NCBI GenBank assembly: GCA_043228905.1
Contig: JBHGNT010000005.1
Span: 6,014,001-6,078,000 of the forward strand
Length of the DNA stretch: 64,000 nucleotides
Direction of reading: 5' to 3'
From: Azolla caroliniana
Lineage: Eukaryota; Plantae; Polypodiophyta
Program-made: the position numbers and the translations under genes
The notes under the pieces: model-generated
Seen by the model: only the letters and a program-made list of their open reading frames with translations
The model's database searches: none
What the model was told of the DNA's origin: nothing
Shown: one piece after another, positions 52,501 through 63,858 of the stretch
How the letters are laid out: the number at the start of each line of letters is the position of its first letter
How positions within the stretch are numbered: position 1 is the stretch's first letter

Positions 52501-55500
52501 AGAAATTGCCGCTTACATCAATCCATGCCACAAAACCTGGGATCAAATCTTGCCTTTTGTCACCCATGCCTACAATACATCCGTACAAGCGTCGACACGG
52601 ATCAGCCCTTTTCGAGCACTCTATGGACACGACCCGCGGCTCCCACCAAAAACGTCCATTGACATCTGTTCTAAACCTGCCAGCATGGATAGTGCTACTT
52701 GGGGGCTTTATCTCCAACAAATGCTCCCCCTCCTTCGACAAGCCAGCTCCCGAAATCTACAAGTCGCACAACAACTCCCGAATCACCCCGACGTATGCTG
52801 ATGGAACCAAAGTCCTTGTTTACTTCCCGATCTGGCGGCGTGGTCTCAGTGAATCCCTCATGCACCGGTGGATCGGCCCATTCACCGTAATTCGTGCCAT
52901 CAAGTCCACGACTTACTTACTCCGACGCGATTCCAACGGTCGATTCACCTCAGCCCATGTTGCCCGTATCAAGCCATATGCTACCCCAAGCCTATCTTCT
53001 AGCACCCCTCCTTCTCTCATAGCGTAACACTCCTTGTTTTTCTGAGGGGGGAAATGTGGTGTCCCTTTCATGCAAGAGCATGCATTTGAACACACCACTC
53101 TTTTAGCCACTCCCGTTTAGCACATCACCCATTTTAGCCCACCCTTTTAGCACACCATTTTGGGACACGTGTAGCTAGGCTGTCCCAAAATGGGTTCTGT
53201 GTATCTTCTATATATTGAATGATAAGTATGAAGCTAGCTAGGCTGGTTTGGTTTCCTTTTATGTGCATTTCACAATATGAACAAAAATGCTAAAACAATA
53301 ATAACAAAAATGAACAAAAATCTTCCTAATCGGAAGGTTTAAAAGACACAGAAATAACAGAACAAGCCATAAACTGCATGAAGGAACTACGTTTCAAAGC
53401 ATTCTAAATGACACACAAGAAACATTTCTTGGGTCTGAAATTGGATGCAGCATTGGCTCCATTACTAGATTCATTGTATAAGCATAAGACTTCTGTTTAA
53501 TGTGAATAAATGTGTTGTATGGTCTTCGATCATAACGAGTACCATATCATTTCAAATTTGGTAAAACAGTAAATAAAATAAGTGCTTATGCATGGTATAT
53601 GATTGCATTCAGATGTCAACATCTATTGGCAGAATGACATGGAGATAAGGCAATAATGTTTTACAGTGTAATAATGAACAAAGTTACCTGTGCAGAGAGT
53701 ACTAGGTATACATGGAACCCAAAAAGTCCTGTCAAGGAAAAGAACACAGCAAGAGCAAGCACAAAAGTAAAAAGCACTTGTACGTTTTCCTCTTCATCCT
53801 GCATGCAAGGCAACAAATAGTTTTTCAAATTCCAACATGATATAATTACTCATACCAACACTGACAAATATAAGTCAGCTGAAATCTTTCTTACATCCTT
53901 AAAACTTGCTCGTAGAGGAATAGAAGCCATGTAAGCTGTATATGCACATCCTATCCACATATAGAACACTGAATTGCAAGTACAAATGTCAATATTTTGA
54001 AGACATGGAATTACTAAGTTGGTTGTGTCCTTCATGGCTGGAATACGTACAGAAGACAAAAAAGAACCTGTAATTGAAAAACCCGATGCAGTTATGCATC
54101 CAAGCTGGGCAACTGGTTAAGGGTCTGATGTCATTAGGTGTACAACATAAGAAAGACAAATCCTATGAGTAGTTTAAGAATTAGAAATGGCATAAACAAC
54201 TTATGCAACACTAGCAAATTCTGCTTTTTTGTACATATAAGTATACATTTTTGTAAGTCTGATTATACTCTGATCTGTTTCAATATTCTCTTTTGCTATG
54301 ATTCCCCTGTATAGTATTTCTTTTTGCCAGTATGTACCTATGTTTTTCTAAATCCATTACGAGATAGTAAATGAAAGCAGTTCTCAAAACCAATGCACTT
54401 ATATATAGTGGTATCCTGATATCCACAATTTAAGACTAAACAATCTTGTAAAGCCCCATTGTAATGATGTTTGTAAACTTATCAGACAATGGAATCCTTT
54501 TTTTTCCCTCCTATGAACTCCTGAACTTATGTTTCACGATGCATGACTATCACGTTAAAGGCATATAAGAATTGCAATATGGAATGTCGCTTTAATCCCT
54601 TTCGATGAAGAATGGTGTTCTTGTGTCTATAGTTAGATTATGGCATGTTACAGGTAGGATCTGTTTGACACCTGGCTAATAAAAAAGTTCCTGAAAGATT
54701 GTTTGAAGGCCCCAAAATCAAATGATATGAACTTATGAATAATATCAATAAAACACAATGATTTTAAAATCTTAATTAACTAGGAAATATAATGGCCATT
54801 TTCTGATAATATATGATTCTAAAGTTCACTGATGCCGACCTGAACACAACATGACCCTCCTGGAAATTGAAATGACACGTTCAAAATTGAAATTGAAATT
54901 GTTTCCTGTCAATATCAGAATGCCATATTGTCTTGAGAGTGATGTGCTTTGAATTGTTGTTACCTTTGAAATAGCTTTTACAGCTGTTTCCAATCCTATT
55001 CAAACTCCTGTTCAGGTAACCATAACCATTCGCTTGTAACTGTGTACAATTACTCAATATAGAGCTAGGCATAGGATCTCCTAACAATGCATGCAGCAAT
55101 ACTGTCAATTGACGCAAAGCTTTAGGAGCCAAGCATCAACAAAAATCAGCGTCCTCACTAAAATACTCTTTTCCTCTGTTATAAATTTCCAATGTCACTA
55201 TTACTATTCTTCAATATTTATGTTCTAATGGCCAAATCATATATAATATGATATCTTCTTCAGACTGACTTATTGACTCCTAAATCTCAAATTTATTGCA
55301 ATAATTACCTGCAGAGATTTTGAATAATGAAACTAGAAAGTGACTTCAGACTTAACAAAGAGGATACGACAATGATGATCCATCTTTAGAATACACCTGC
55401 ATAATCCATTCCTATCAACTTAAACAACTTTTGTGAATTATTTATGAAGAAAAATCATCAAATCACAAGCCTGGAAAGAAAACAAATTACCTTCTACATA

Positions 55501-58366
55501 TGTGGCAGTGGTGTGTCAATGGAGGCTTCATTTTCCGGCCTGAATAATCAGATAAATATTAAATGAGGAGCATCTCATTCACATACTATCTATAATCATA
55601 TGTAACAGCATGACCAACTCCTCACTAATACTTCAACATAGAAACCATAATAAATCCAGAGAAATGATAATAAAGTTAACATAACCATTACAAATGAAAG
55701 CAACCACTCACAGCTTTTGCACCATCTGATTGATCCATTCTCTGATGCATCTTGTCCACTTGTCATAGTCATTGGGTCTAGCTCCACATCCTGTTATTTG
55801 CAGTATTTATGCATGAAACACTGTTTCTATCAATATTAAATTACCTAAAACACTTTATACTTACAGTATAATCAGGTGGGCTCCCAGGATCTGTCCTCAC
55901 ACAATAGAAATAATTGAAGAACACATTGAAGATTAACCACAATGACACCAAAATATGAGCTGCTCCCTTGAAAGAATTCAGATTATGAATTGATGGCAGT
56001 ATGGTTGTGAAGAACAGGTAAATTATGCAGCTGAAATGAGCATAAACAATTAGAAAAGGGAGGTCACATCAAAAAAATGGAGCTATAAAGTGTCAGGAGT
56101 TCAAAATAATGAATGCATCAGGGAGGCCATGCAGCACCATCTGACAGATACTCCCATGCCTTCTTCTCTATCTACTAAATGGAGATGGGAACTTAATTTA
56201 CTTTTACAACGCATCTCAATACTTTTATTTATTTCATAAGAGACGAGGTAATATCAGTTCATTTTGTTTTCCCTACATAGTATTGACATCCTAATGTGAC
56301 TTTATTAGTTGTTTGTGTTACTATTTTTATTTCAAAATAACATACCAGGGTACCCAACCACGAAAAGGTTAAAACAATTAACTACACTTTTCCAAGATTG
56401 TTGGCTCTCTATCCTTAATGCAATAAATAATTATCAAGATAGTTAAACTTTTCGGACTTTACACTGATTTGACGACAAAGAAATAGAGCTAACAAAATCC
56501 AGTACAAAATTGTTTTCACCCATAGAAGAAAATTGCTACAGCTCACCTTATTAGTGTAACAGCAAGGATAATATAAAGAGGTCCTGCAATTTGCACAGCC
56601 TTATCAATGAAAATTTGTATCCTTATAATGAAGGACGACCACCTATGACACATGAAAATGCAAACCCATTCAGTAAATGCAAAATCAAAGGTATATGGCA
56701 TTAATAATGAGTGATTCCTGGTATAATGTGTTGCAGATACGTAGATTATTCATTGTCATCTATGCCAACACCTTTAAGTGTCCAAAATATTGTCAATTAT
56801 GTATTCTACATCCTTTCAACTATGGGTTTCTATAATAATCTATCAAAAAATGTACCCTTTTGTACAGTTGTCACTCTCAGTTAGCATCAATGGAGATATT
56901 GTAATGTATCAGCACCTTTGATTCTCCAAAAACAATTCATATTCTTTTATTTGTTGTTTACAGCTTTCATGCATCAGCCACACTTAAAACTAATTTCTTT
57001 CCAGTGTCGAGAAACCTCTTTTCACACTCATTGAATGATGGATTTATCATCAGAGCCTCTTATATGGATACATACTTGACTCCATAGTGTGATAGGATAA
57101 CTCAGGACCCCTTCACATCAGTTAGAGATTCGGATAGGAAGATATGCACACAAATGTTAGGAAAAATGGATCTGCAAATTGTCCAATCAGCATGTGGAAT
57201 CAGAGGAGAACTACGTCTGAATGAGATATCATTGCATTTTTAATACCACCACATCTTTGAATGAGGCTTTGGTTCATTCTGCAAGGTGATGTAATACAGC
57301 AAAATGCTTGAACTGTTCTTTCTTTATCTCCATAATTCTTCCTGCTACAAGTCAATGAAAGGCTATACAAGTAGGTCTCAACCACAACATTTGGAAGGGG
57401 TTATGGACAATAGCAATTTGCCGAACATGTCGGCCATATCCCTTGTAATTTACAAAAAAGGACCATTATCTCCTGACACTGAAGATGCATCCTTGCTTCA
57501 GAGACCTATCCATCTTTCAAAGGCAGAAGTTTTCGTACATCTAAGCTCAGAAGGTTAAATATTCAGCTAACAAGATTATTTGATACATATATTAATTATA
57601 CTAATGTAGCATTAGTATAATATAACATTTTTCGGTTATTGTAACATTAGTCAAGGATGAAACCGACCACCAAGAAATATAAGGAGGCCTATTTTGCACT
57701 ATGAAGAATAAGACAAGGGTCATAGCAATTTATATTTGATTTGGTTTGTTGTCAATGACGAGACAGCATTTTACGAACTTTCAGGTGAATCCCTTTGCCT
57801 CAGTGGTATGTCACACACCTCAATATGAGGTGAGACTCAACAAAGAATGTTGATATAAAAAATGCCCAATGGAAAAAAGGGTGCTTAAAATAACTCAATG
57901 AAAGTCAAAAAATCATCCAGCATAAGCCTTAAGGATAAAGGAAAGACTTTTCAATCACAATATGACTTGCCCAGAACAGGGAACATGAGAGAAAAATAAA
58001 CAGGATGAAAGCATCCGGCAAGCTTAATACTGAGAATTGAAGTGTTTTGTGAGTTTATCAAATTCAATCCCTAAGATAACAAATAGAATGAAGTTTAGTG
58101 AATCTAGACATATTTTCTAAGTTAAGCAATATAAAATTTGATTCCAATTGACTAATCCCTAAGACCAAACACAGCTGAAGCAACTTTAATCAAGCTTAAC
58201 CAAATATTTCCTGCGGCGATGAGAAGATCAACAGGTAGCACGAATCTTCTGGGGGGAATCGAAAGGAGAAGAAGAAGAAGAAGAAGAGGAATAAGGGGAG
58301 GGAAGAGACTAACCAGTAGCGAAAGCTGCGTAAGGATGGAGGAGCGACAGAGGCCATGAGCATCAT
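46560..58366 (-). CDS. DHHC-type protein S-acyltransferase (ZDHHC16-like), 11 exons, about 333-336 aa
   Basis: Exons 58366(or 58357)-58314, 56642-56547, 56030-55865, 55790-55712, 55539-55491, 55396-55368, 54104-54051, 53968-53895, 53798-53688, 46952-46881 and 46787-46560 join in frame. Motifs: [68 protein letters not shown], TTIDF and NPYDMGRLQNL. Confidence 0.93.
48673..48892 (+). repeat. 5' LTR (220 bp)
   Basis: TGTGGTGTCC...CATTTCACA; differs from the 3' LTR at 2 positions; contains TATATA and a 12-bp inverted repeat (48773-48811). Confidence 0.97.
48897..48912 (+). other. Primer-binding site complementary to the tRNA-Ala 3' end
   Basis: TGGTGGAGAAGCGGGC lies 4 nt after the LTR. TGGTGGAGA pairs with ...UCUCCACCA-3' of tRNA-Ala. 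Confidence 0.8.
48969..49892 (+). pseudogene. gag: gag with CCHC zinc knuckle; premature TAG at 49800-49802
   Basis: KPKSFSGLPSEDVLAWLDHFE..., PMDID, CFYCHNYGHVRR*C (stop inside C-x2-C-x4-H-x4-C, probably CAG>TAG). The frame continues to ...LAELPGN-TGA at 49890-49892. Confidence 0.9.
49883..53027 (+). pseudogene. pol: pol (protease, RT, RNase H, integrase with GPF motif) in the -1 frame; frameshift near 52780
   Basis: LDTGS; RFCIDFRPLN; LDLASGYWQI; VYLDD; NYSTTEKELLA; integrase H-H-C-C and D,D,E (WDFMGP, SDQG, TERLN). The C-terminal GLSESLMHRWIGPF lies in another frame. Lesions: TDAS>TYAS (51392), ADxLSR>ANSLSR (51722), MPFGL>MSFGL (50858). Confidence 0.93.
53055..53274 (+). repeat. 3' LTR (220 bp)
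   Basis: 218/220 identical to the 5' LTR by eye; preceded by the PPT. Confidence 0.97.
54105..55367 (-). other. U12-type (minor spliceosome) GT-AG intron in the DHHC gene
   Basis: 5' splice site GTATCCTCT, branch point CCCTTAACC about 10 nt from the 3' AG, and no polypyrimidine tract. The intron splits the Pro codon of DHHC-P-W. Confidence 0.9.
57190..57480 (-). pseudogene. Degraded LINE RT remnant in DHHC intron 1
   Basis: Minus-strand fragments resemble IAFIDL (FxDL-KAYD region) and RQ--PL-P, heavily broken. Confidence 0.25.
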
Positions 58367-58550
58367 TGTGTTTGTGATTCGCGCGTGTGTGAGCGTGCGA
58401 GCCCACCCGCGCGCCTGCACAGGGTCCCAGACTCTGAAGTCACGATCGCAGAGGGAACCAAGAAACAACGAGATGGATGCCACCACTTTCTTTCTGAACA
58501 GACAGAGATCTGCGCGAATAAAGAGATATGTATGTATACATACTATGAAA

Positions 58551-58735
58551 TATAGTATGAACCATACGTACCATACCATACGTGGAAAACATTCGAGTAT
58601 CGACGAATGGTAAATACCATACTTTTGGATTAACTATTTATTACGAAGTAAATAAACTTAAAAAAACAAAAACTTTAGAAAAATGAGAAAAAAAACGAAT
58701 GTTATGCTAGACGAACACGAATTTTACGTGCTATG
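58551..58735 (-). mobile_element. Decayed sister copy of the 32203-32453 MITE, in the DHHC promoter
   Basis: Its reverse complement shares CATAG-ACGTAAA, CAAAAGTATGGTATTTACCAT and TACGTATGGTTCATACTAT with the 32203 copy. No TSD is recognisable. Confidence 0.75.
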
Positions 58736-58767
58736 TGCTATGGTATGAGTATGTAATAAAGAGGTGA

Positions 58768-58898
58768 GAAAACAGGGATTCGAACCCAAGACGTTGTGCT
58801 AGTAGTAGTTTAAACAACTTACAAAGAGAGAGACAAAGAAAAAGAAAGAAAACAAGGATTCGAACACAAGACGTTGTGCTAGTAGTAGTTTAAACAAC

Positions 58899-58903
<5 letters not shown>
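58768..58903 (-). repeat. Tandem pair (~80-bp period) carrying a Pol III B-box-like motif; SINE-like relic
   Basis: AAAACA-GGATTCGAAC-CAAGACGTTGTGCTAGTAGTAGTTTAAACAACTTACA occurs twice. The minus strand reads GGGTTCGAATCCC at 58787-58775. Confidence 0.6.
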
Positions 58904-58935
<32 letters not shown>

Positions 58936-59972
58936 GAGGTATTGGAGGCTATGGTTCAATTGGAATATGCGGAATGCCTTCATTTTTTATTCGCAAGTGG
59001 GGGTAAGAAAATATGTTCTAAAGTTAAAAGGACTTCTTTTGTGGCAATTGACAGTGCTAGAGAAGTCACGAAATCTCAACCAGGAAGAGAGAGAACTCTG
59101 CAAGGTCACATATCATCATATTCGCCATTTGAATTGGTGCGTAGGGTGGCATTGAATTTGGTGTCGTAGTTTTCTTTAGATCCCTAGATAGAAGGGGTTC
59201 TATAGTTTGTTGTAAGTTAGTCATGGTGGTGTTTTTTCTTTCATAATGAAAGCCATTATTTACGAAAAAGAAAGAAAGAAAGAAATATTAACGTCTTCTA
59301 AGGCCAAAATTGGCCCATGAGACAAATGGTTTACAACAAAAAATGGGATATGTACATTCATCGAAAGTAAAAAATAAAAATAAAAATAGAGAGAGAGAGA
59401 GTGTGTGTGGGTGTGTGTGTGATGTGTGCGAACAAACCATTTGCTTTGCATCGTGTTTCCAAATGTGTTGTTAATGTGTGAAGGATTTATTGACTATGGT
59501 TGGGAGAAAAAGGTGTTTCCAATGTTCTTGTCACTCGCACTCGCAACAATTCTTTTGTTTCCAAGTTTATTCCTCATTTCCATGATTCTAAGTTTGATCA
59601 TCGTCTCCAATCCGATATGTTCTTCCCTATAAGGCGGTTGAGGCACCAACAGCTTCGCACACCATTAATTAATCCCTTCCATCTCATATGTGTTGGGACT
59701 TTTGTGTTTGATCTCAGAGCATCTAGCATGTTGAAAATGTTGCTTGGATTTACACTCAAGATTAGTTGAATGAAGAGTGGTTATATCCTTGTTTCCAAAG
59801 GAATTCATATGCCTATAAAGAAGTTCATGGTTCTGTAAGCAAAGTAACGAAAAGTTGCCTAAATTACATACAACCATCACATTAGCTCTAACTTCTTATC
59901 ATATGCCTCACTATATAAAAACTCTCCTTTTTGTTGATAGACTTTTGGGTTCCTAATGCATTACATTCCATC

Positions 59973-60744
59973 CATAGATTGACATATTCGCATTCGGGGG
60001 GGGGGGGGGGGGGCCTCCCAAACGAAAACATACGAATGCATGGAAAAATATTCGTTTAAAAAAATTTCATAAATTCCCTCCTTTTTAGTTTCCTACATAT
60101 AAAGACGGGGATTTTTTTTGGAAAAAAAGGGGGATTTGGGAGTCGGGACAATAAAAAAGGGACACTAATAATATTTTTATAATAAATGTAAAAAGTATTC
60201 GTTTTATTTTTAATAAATATAAATCAAATAAAGGTTCATTAATTCCCCACTTTTTACTCTCCCAAAATTTGTGGATAGCTTTATCTGAGATTAAAAAGGG
60301 GACTTCAGATCAATCATATTTCTATAATAAATATAAAAATATTCGTTTTTTAATATTAATTAATTAATTAATATAAAATAAAGCTTCACCCTTTTTTATT
60401 TGACAATACATAATCATATTTTTATAATCTATTAACGAATGATTGTTCTTTTTATTTAATGAATTAATTTTTATTCTAAAAACTTAATTAATTAATTTTT
60501 ATTCTAAAAACTTAATTAATTAATTTTTATTATATTTATATTAATTTAGTGTCAAGTCTATTTTTAAACTAAACCATATTTTTAAAATCTATTTATGAGT
60601 GATTGTTCTTTTTTAGTGAATTAATATATTTTTATTTTTATTATATTTATTTTGCAAAATAAATAGTTTTATAATATTCTTGGGGCCATTTCACATTCTC
60701 AAATATTGCGAATATCACGAATATGAAGCATGTGTCAATCTATG
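59973..60744. mobile_element. Non-autonomous hAT-like DNA transposon (772 bp, AT-rich, internal G18 run)
   Basis: TIR CATAGATTGACATAT / ATGTGTCAATCTATG (first 12 bp perfect, 14/15 overall). Flanks ATTCCATC and ATTCCACA (6/8 match, decayed 8-bp TSD). Subterminal ATTCG/CGAAT motifs; poly-G at 59996-60013. Confidence 0.75.
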
Positions 60745-61079
60745 ATTCCACAATGCAGAAGATATTGGCTGAAGCCCGATTCAGTTCATCTAAATGATCC
60801 AAATCATAAGGTCTTTGGTTAAAACTTTAGTATCTTTACCAACTCTTTGCACATTTCTCTTTATTCTACATGGGTTTTCACTTCAAATCTAGGTTTCCCA
60901 CAACTAATATAAGTATTACAAAAAAAGGTACATTTCTTCTAATAGATTATATTATGTGAGGCATGACAAATGGTAGCACACATCTTCAAGGTTTGGGGGG
61001 ATATCCTCCGAAGGTTGGGTTTATTAATGTAGATTTTTGGTGACCAAGATGAATTCCAATATGTTGTCTTACTCTTCCT

Positions 61080-61520
61080 ATAGTTCTTGCTCAATGATCC
61101 CTAGCTTGTCTATTGGAATCAAGAATTGCCCTTGGCATCATGTTAACATTGAAGACAACATTGTTTATGGCAAGCCAAATAGATTGATGGCATAATCATG
61201 CAGGGAAGTTCCACATGGATGTGCAAAGCCTATGGATTCTCCTAAGAGAATTTCTTTATGAGAAAAAGCCTAAGTGGCACCTATGATACTCTACAATGAG
61301 AGCAACATCTCATTTGTTGATAGGAGATGCTATGAAGTGAGATGCCCAATAACTGAGTTGGATTGCCACATCTTCTACGAAAACCATCTCGGACTAGAAT
61401 GCTTACAGCTCAATCAAAGACCAATCAATCATAGGAACATTTTGTAGTGTTCCATATTGCTGCTCTTGTCTTGAATCATGCAACTTGTAATTGACGAAGA
61501 CATGTAAGGACAAAGGAAAG
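61080..61520 (-). mobile_element. Degraded L1 LINE C-terminal (zf-RVT / W-ARN--VF) remnant
   Basis: Minus strand gives IWLAINNVVFN (W-ARN--IF-like) and a C/H-rich stretch upstream. Confidence 0.35.
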
Positions 61521-62402
61521 AAGATAGGGACCGGATTAGTTGGGTAACTATATGTGCAGTGTGCACTTTCAACTAAATGGAGGTTTAGAGCAAATCATGA
61601 TCCCCCACAGGAACACAGGAACCCTAGTAATTATCTTACCCCAACTGAAGATATTAGCAAGACCAAAGAAAACAAAATTGAAGGAGAGCATAACACATTA
61701 GAATTGTGCGCGCTTAAAGTGAGGATCACCATCATTCATATACTATTCATGCGCAAGATAATCATACAGCTAACACAAATACCAAGGCATCATTTTTCAA
61801 AGACCGAGTTACACTGAACAAATCACATTATGAAAAACTATATTGCCACAACACTAGATAATCACATGGATAACTTAGAAATTGCCACTACCCTTCTTTA
61901 GAAGAATATGTTACACTACACAAATCTCAATGTTGACCCAAGTGTGAAATTACATGGACTCCAAATACAAGAAAATTGCATAAACAGCTTACAACATAAA
62001 TTCATATCATCACCTTCAGGAGAACTATGTTACACTAAGCAAAAATGTCAATTTTAGCTTGACATCGTGAAAACTTACACAGGAAATAGGTAATGGTGCA
62101 GGATAGGATGATGGTATCTATCAATATATAATGATGATGTACATAATAATATCAAAACAATCTCATAATGGATGAAATGTCTTGATTTTCCCATCCTATC
62201 AACACCTCTGGTATATCACTCATGCATATACATATATGTATCACTTTTCTTTTGGAAAACATTGCATGGATGAAATTTTGTTAAGAGTATGTCATGCTCA
62301 TGTAGAGAGAGGCTGCACTGCAAAAAGGTATGTGAAATTATGAAATCACCCCATCACCATAACCATCATCTAACACTTCAGGGCCTCTTTTACACATACT
62401 TT

Positions 62403-63858
62403 TTAACCCTCCCAAAGAAGCGGTTGCACGGCAAAAAGATACCTGAAATTGAAGTCGTAAGGCATAACTTGTACAACCTCAGATAATGCTTTCCCTTGCT
62501 TGCTATGGTTGTGAGCAAGGCATTTTGCTATAGATTTGCCAAGTGCAGCACTTGGTAGTTGATCTGACACCCAGTCAAGCAAAGACTCCACATCTTTTGC
62601 GAAATCCCTCATATACCAATCCAGAATCTTTGGTATCACGATCTTTGTTGGAGTCACCCCCACCGCTGCTTGTAAATACTCTGTTTTTGCAATCTCTAAC
62701 TCATTTTCCACCTCCCGCGCTGTATATATGCGAACCTGTAATCCAACAATGTTAAACGGATGACATCACATCATTACAATGCACATTTATATTATAAATA
62801 TATGTGTATGTATATAAATTTACATATATGTGTATGTATCTGTATATATTATGTATAGGCCAATCTGCTTCAGAGGCATCTCCGTGACATCGTCGGGCAA
62901 ATTTAATACTTTAAATTTTCTAATCTGACATATAATAATATGTCAGCATAGTTTTCTACCTCACATTGGGGTTTCCCACATCACAGCCGCGGGCACATTT
63001 ATGCTTTGATGTTTCTAATCCAGCACGTAGTAACTATTCAGAATGATTTTCACCTCACTTTTTGAGGTTTCCCACCAGTAATATCATGCATTGCTAAGAA
63101 AGAGAATGTGCGTGTATGTATGTATTTTGAGTTAAGTGTACGTGTGTTTGTGCATTTGGATATCGTGTATATTTCTTTACACACTACAGACGTGTGTGAG
63201 AGATTTTTGTACCTTATTCCTGTGGATATAATCATGAAATCTGGTACTCGGTACAACCTTTTGTGCAGGTTGTAGATTTAGCAGCTGTGATTGATCATCC
63301 ATGATGGCTATGCATATAATAATATACATTGGACGTAAATACAGTCGCGTAAGATTTATACTCACCGCAGGTGAAGACCAACTCCCACAGCAGAGAGCAA
63401 AACTCACTGAAGGTTCTGGCCATTCTAATCCATAGGTGCGGCACATTAAACCCTCTGTTTCTCTCTCTCTGCTCTTCCATTCAGCCTATCATATTGCAAC
63501 CAGACACACAAATAAATATGAATAATCCAATTCCATATTTACTTTTTAATATTACAGCCCCCACATTTTTCATCAAAACCACCCAAAATCCCAATTGTTT
63601 CCAAAATATCCGGAAGAATACCACTCATTTCCAACAATTTCAAGATGCAAGGGTAACTTGAAAAAGCAGGTGGAATTCGGAGAGTTTCAAAATTCCAAGG
63701 GGCATGTTGGGGGTTTCATTGACCATGTTGGGAATTTCAGTAAGTTTTCCCAAAACATTGAATTTGATACTCACACTGGCAAGGTCACATGGTAGTCTTA
63801 AGATGAAGTGTTCGATGGCTAGGGCACTAAGAAGATGACCTCCAACATTGATAGCTGC
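62403..63858 (-). CDS. DUF547 domain protein (MIP1/ternary complex factor family), last three exons; the gene continues beyond the window
   Basis: Exons 63858-63775, 63485-63366 and 62735-62403 join in frame: [23 protein letters not shown]...[50 protein letters not shown]...[21 protein letters not shown]...[11 protein letters not shown]. Confidence 0.92.

Larger units (their letters stand above)
48673..53274 (+). mobile_element. Full-length Ty3/gypsy LTR retrotransposon (4602 bp), non-chromoviral, defective copy, antisense in DHHC intron 9
   Basis: TG...CA LTRs at 48673-48892 and 53055-53274; TSD ATAT at 48669-48672 and 53275-53278; PBS at 48897; PPT GAGGGGGGAAA at 53044-53054; domain order gag-PR-RT-RH-IN. 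Confidence 0.97.

Noticed and set aside
49210-52890. Overlapping and antisense ORFs inside the retrotransposon (possible extra genes or env)
   Set aside because: They are shadow ORFs of gag/pol. Only the 3' part of 52422-53027 is meaningful (frameshifted integrase C-terminus), and there is no room for env before the PPT.
17376-55367. Functional clustering (LSM6 near a U12-intron gene; GATL near a methyltransferase)
   Set aside because: There is no evidence beyond proximity. Unrelated genes and TE-rich spacers lie between them; synteny and co-expression data would be needed.
62971-63005. TTCCCACATC resembling the plant snRNA upstream sequence element
   Set aside because: There is no TATA at the required spacing and no recognisable snRNA downstream. 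It lies in a DUF547 intron.
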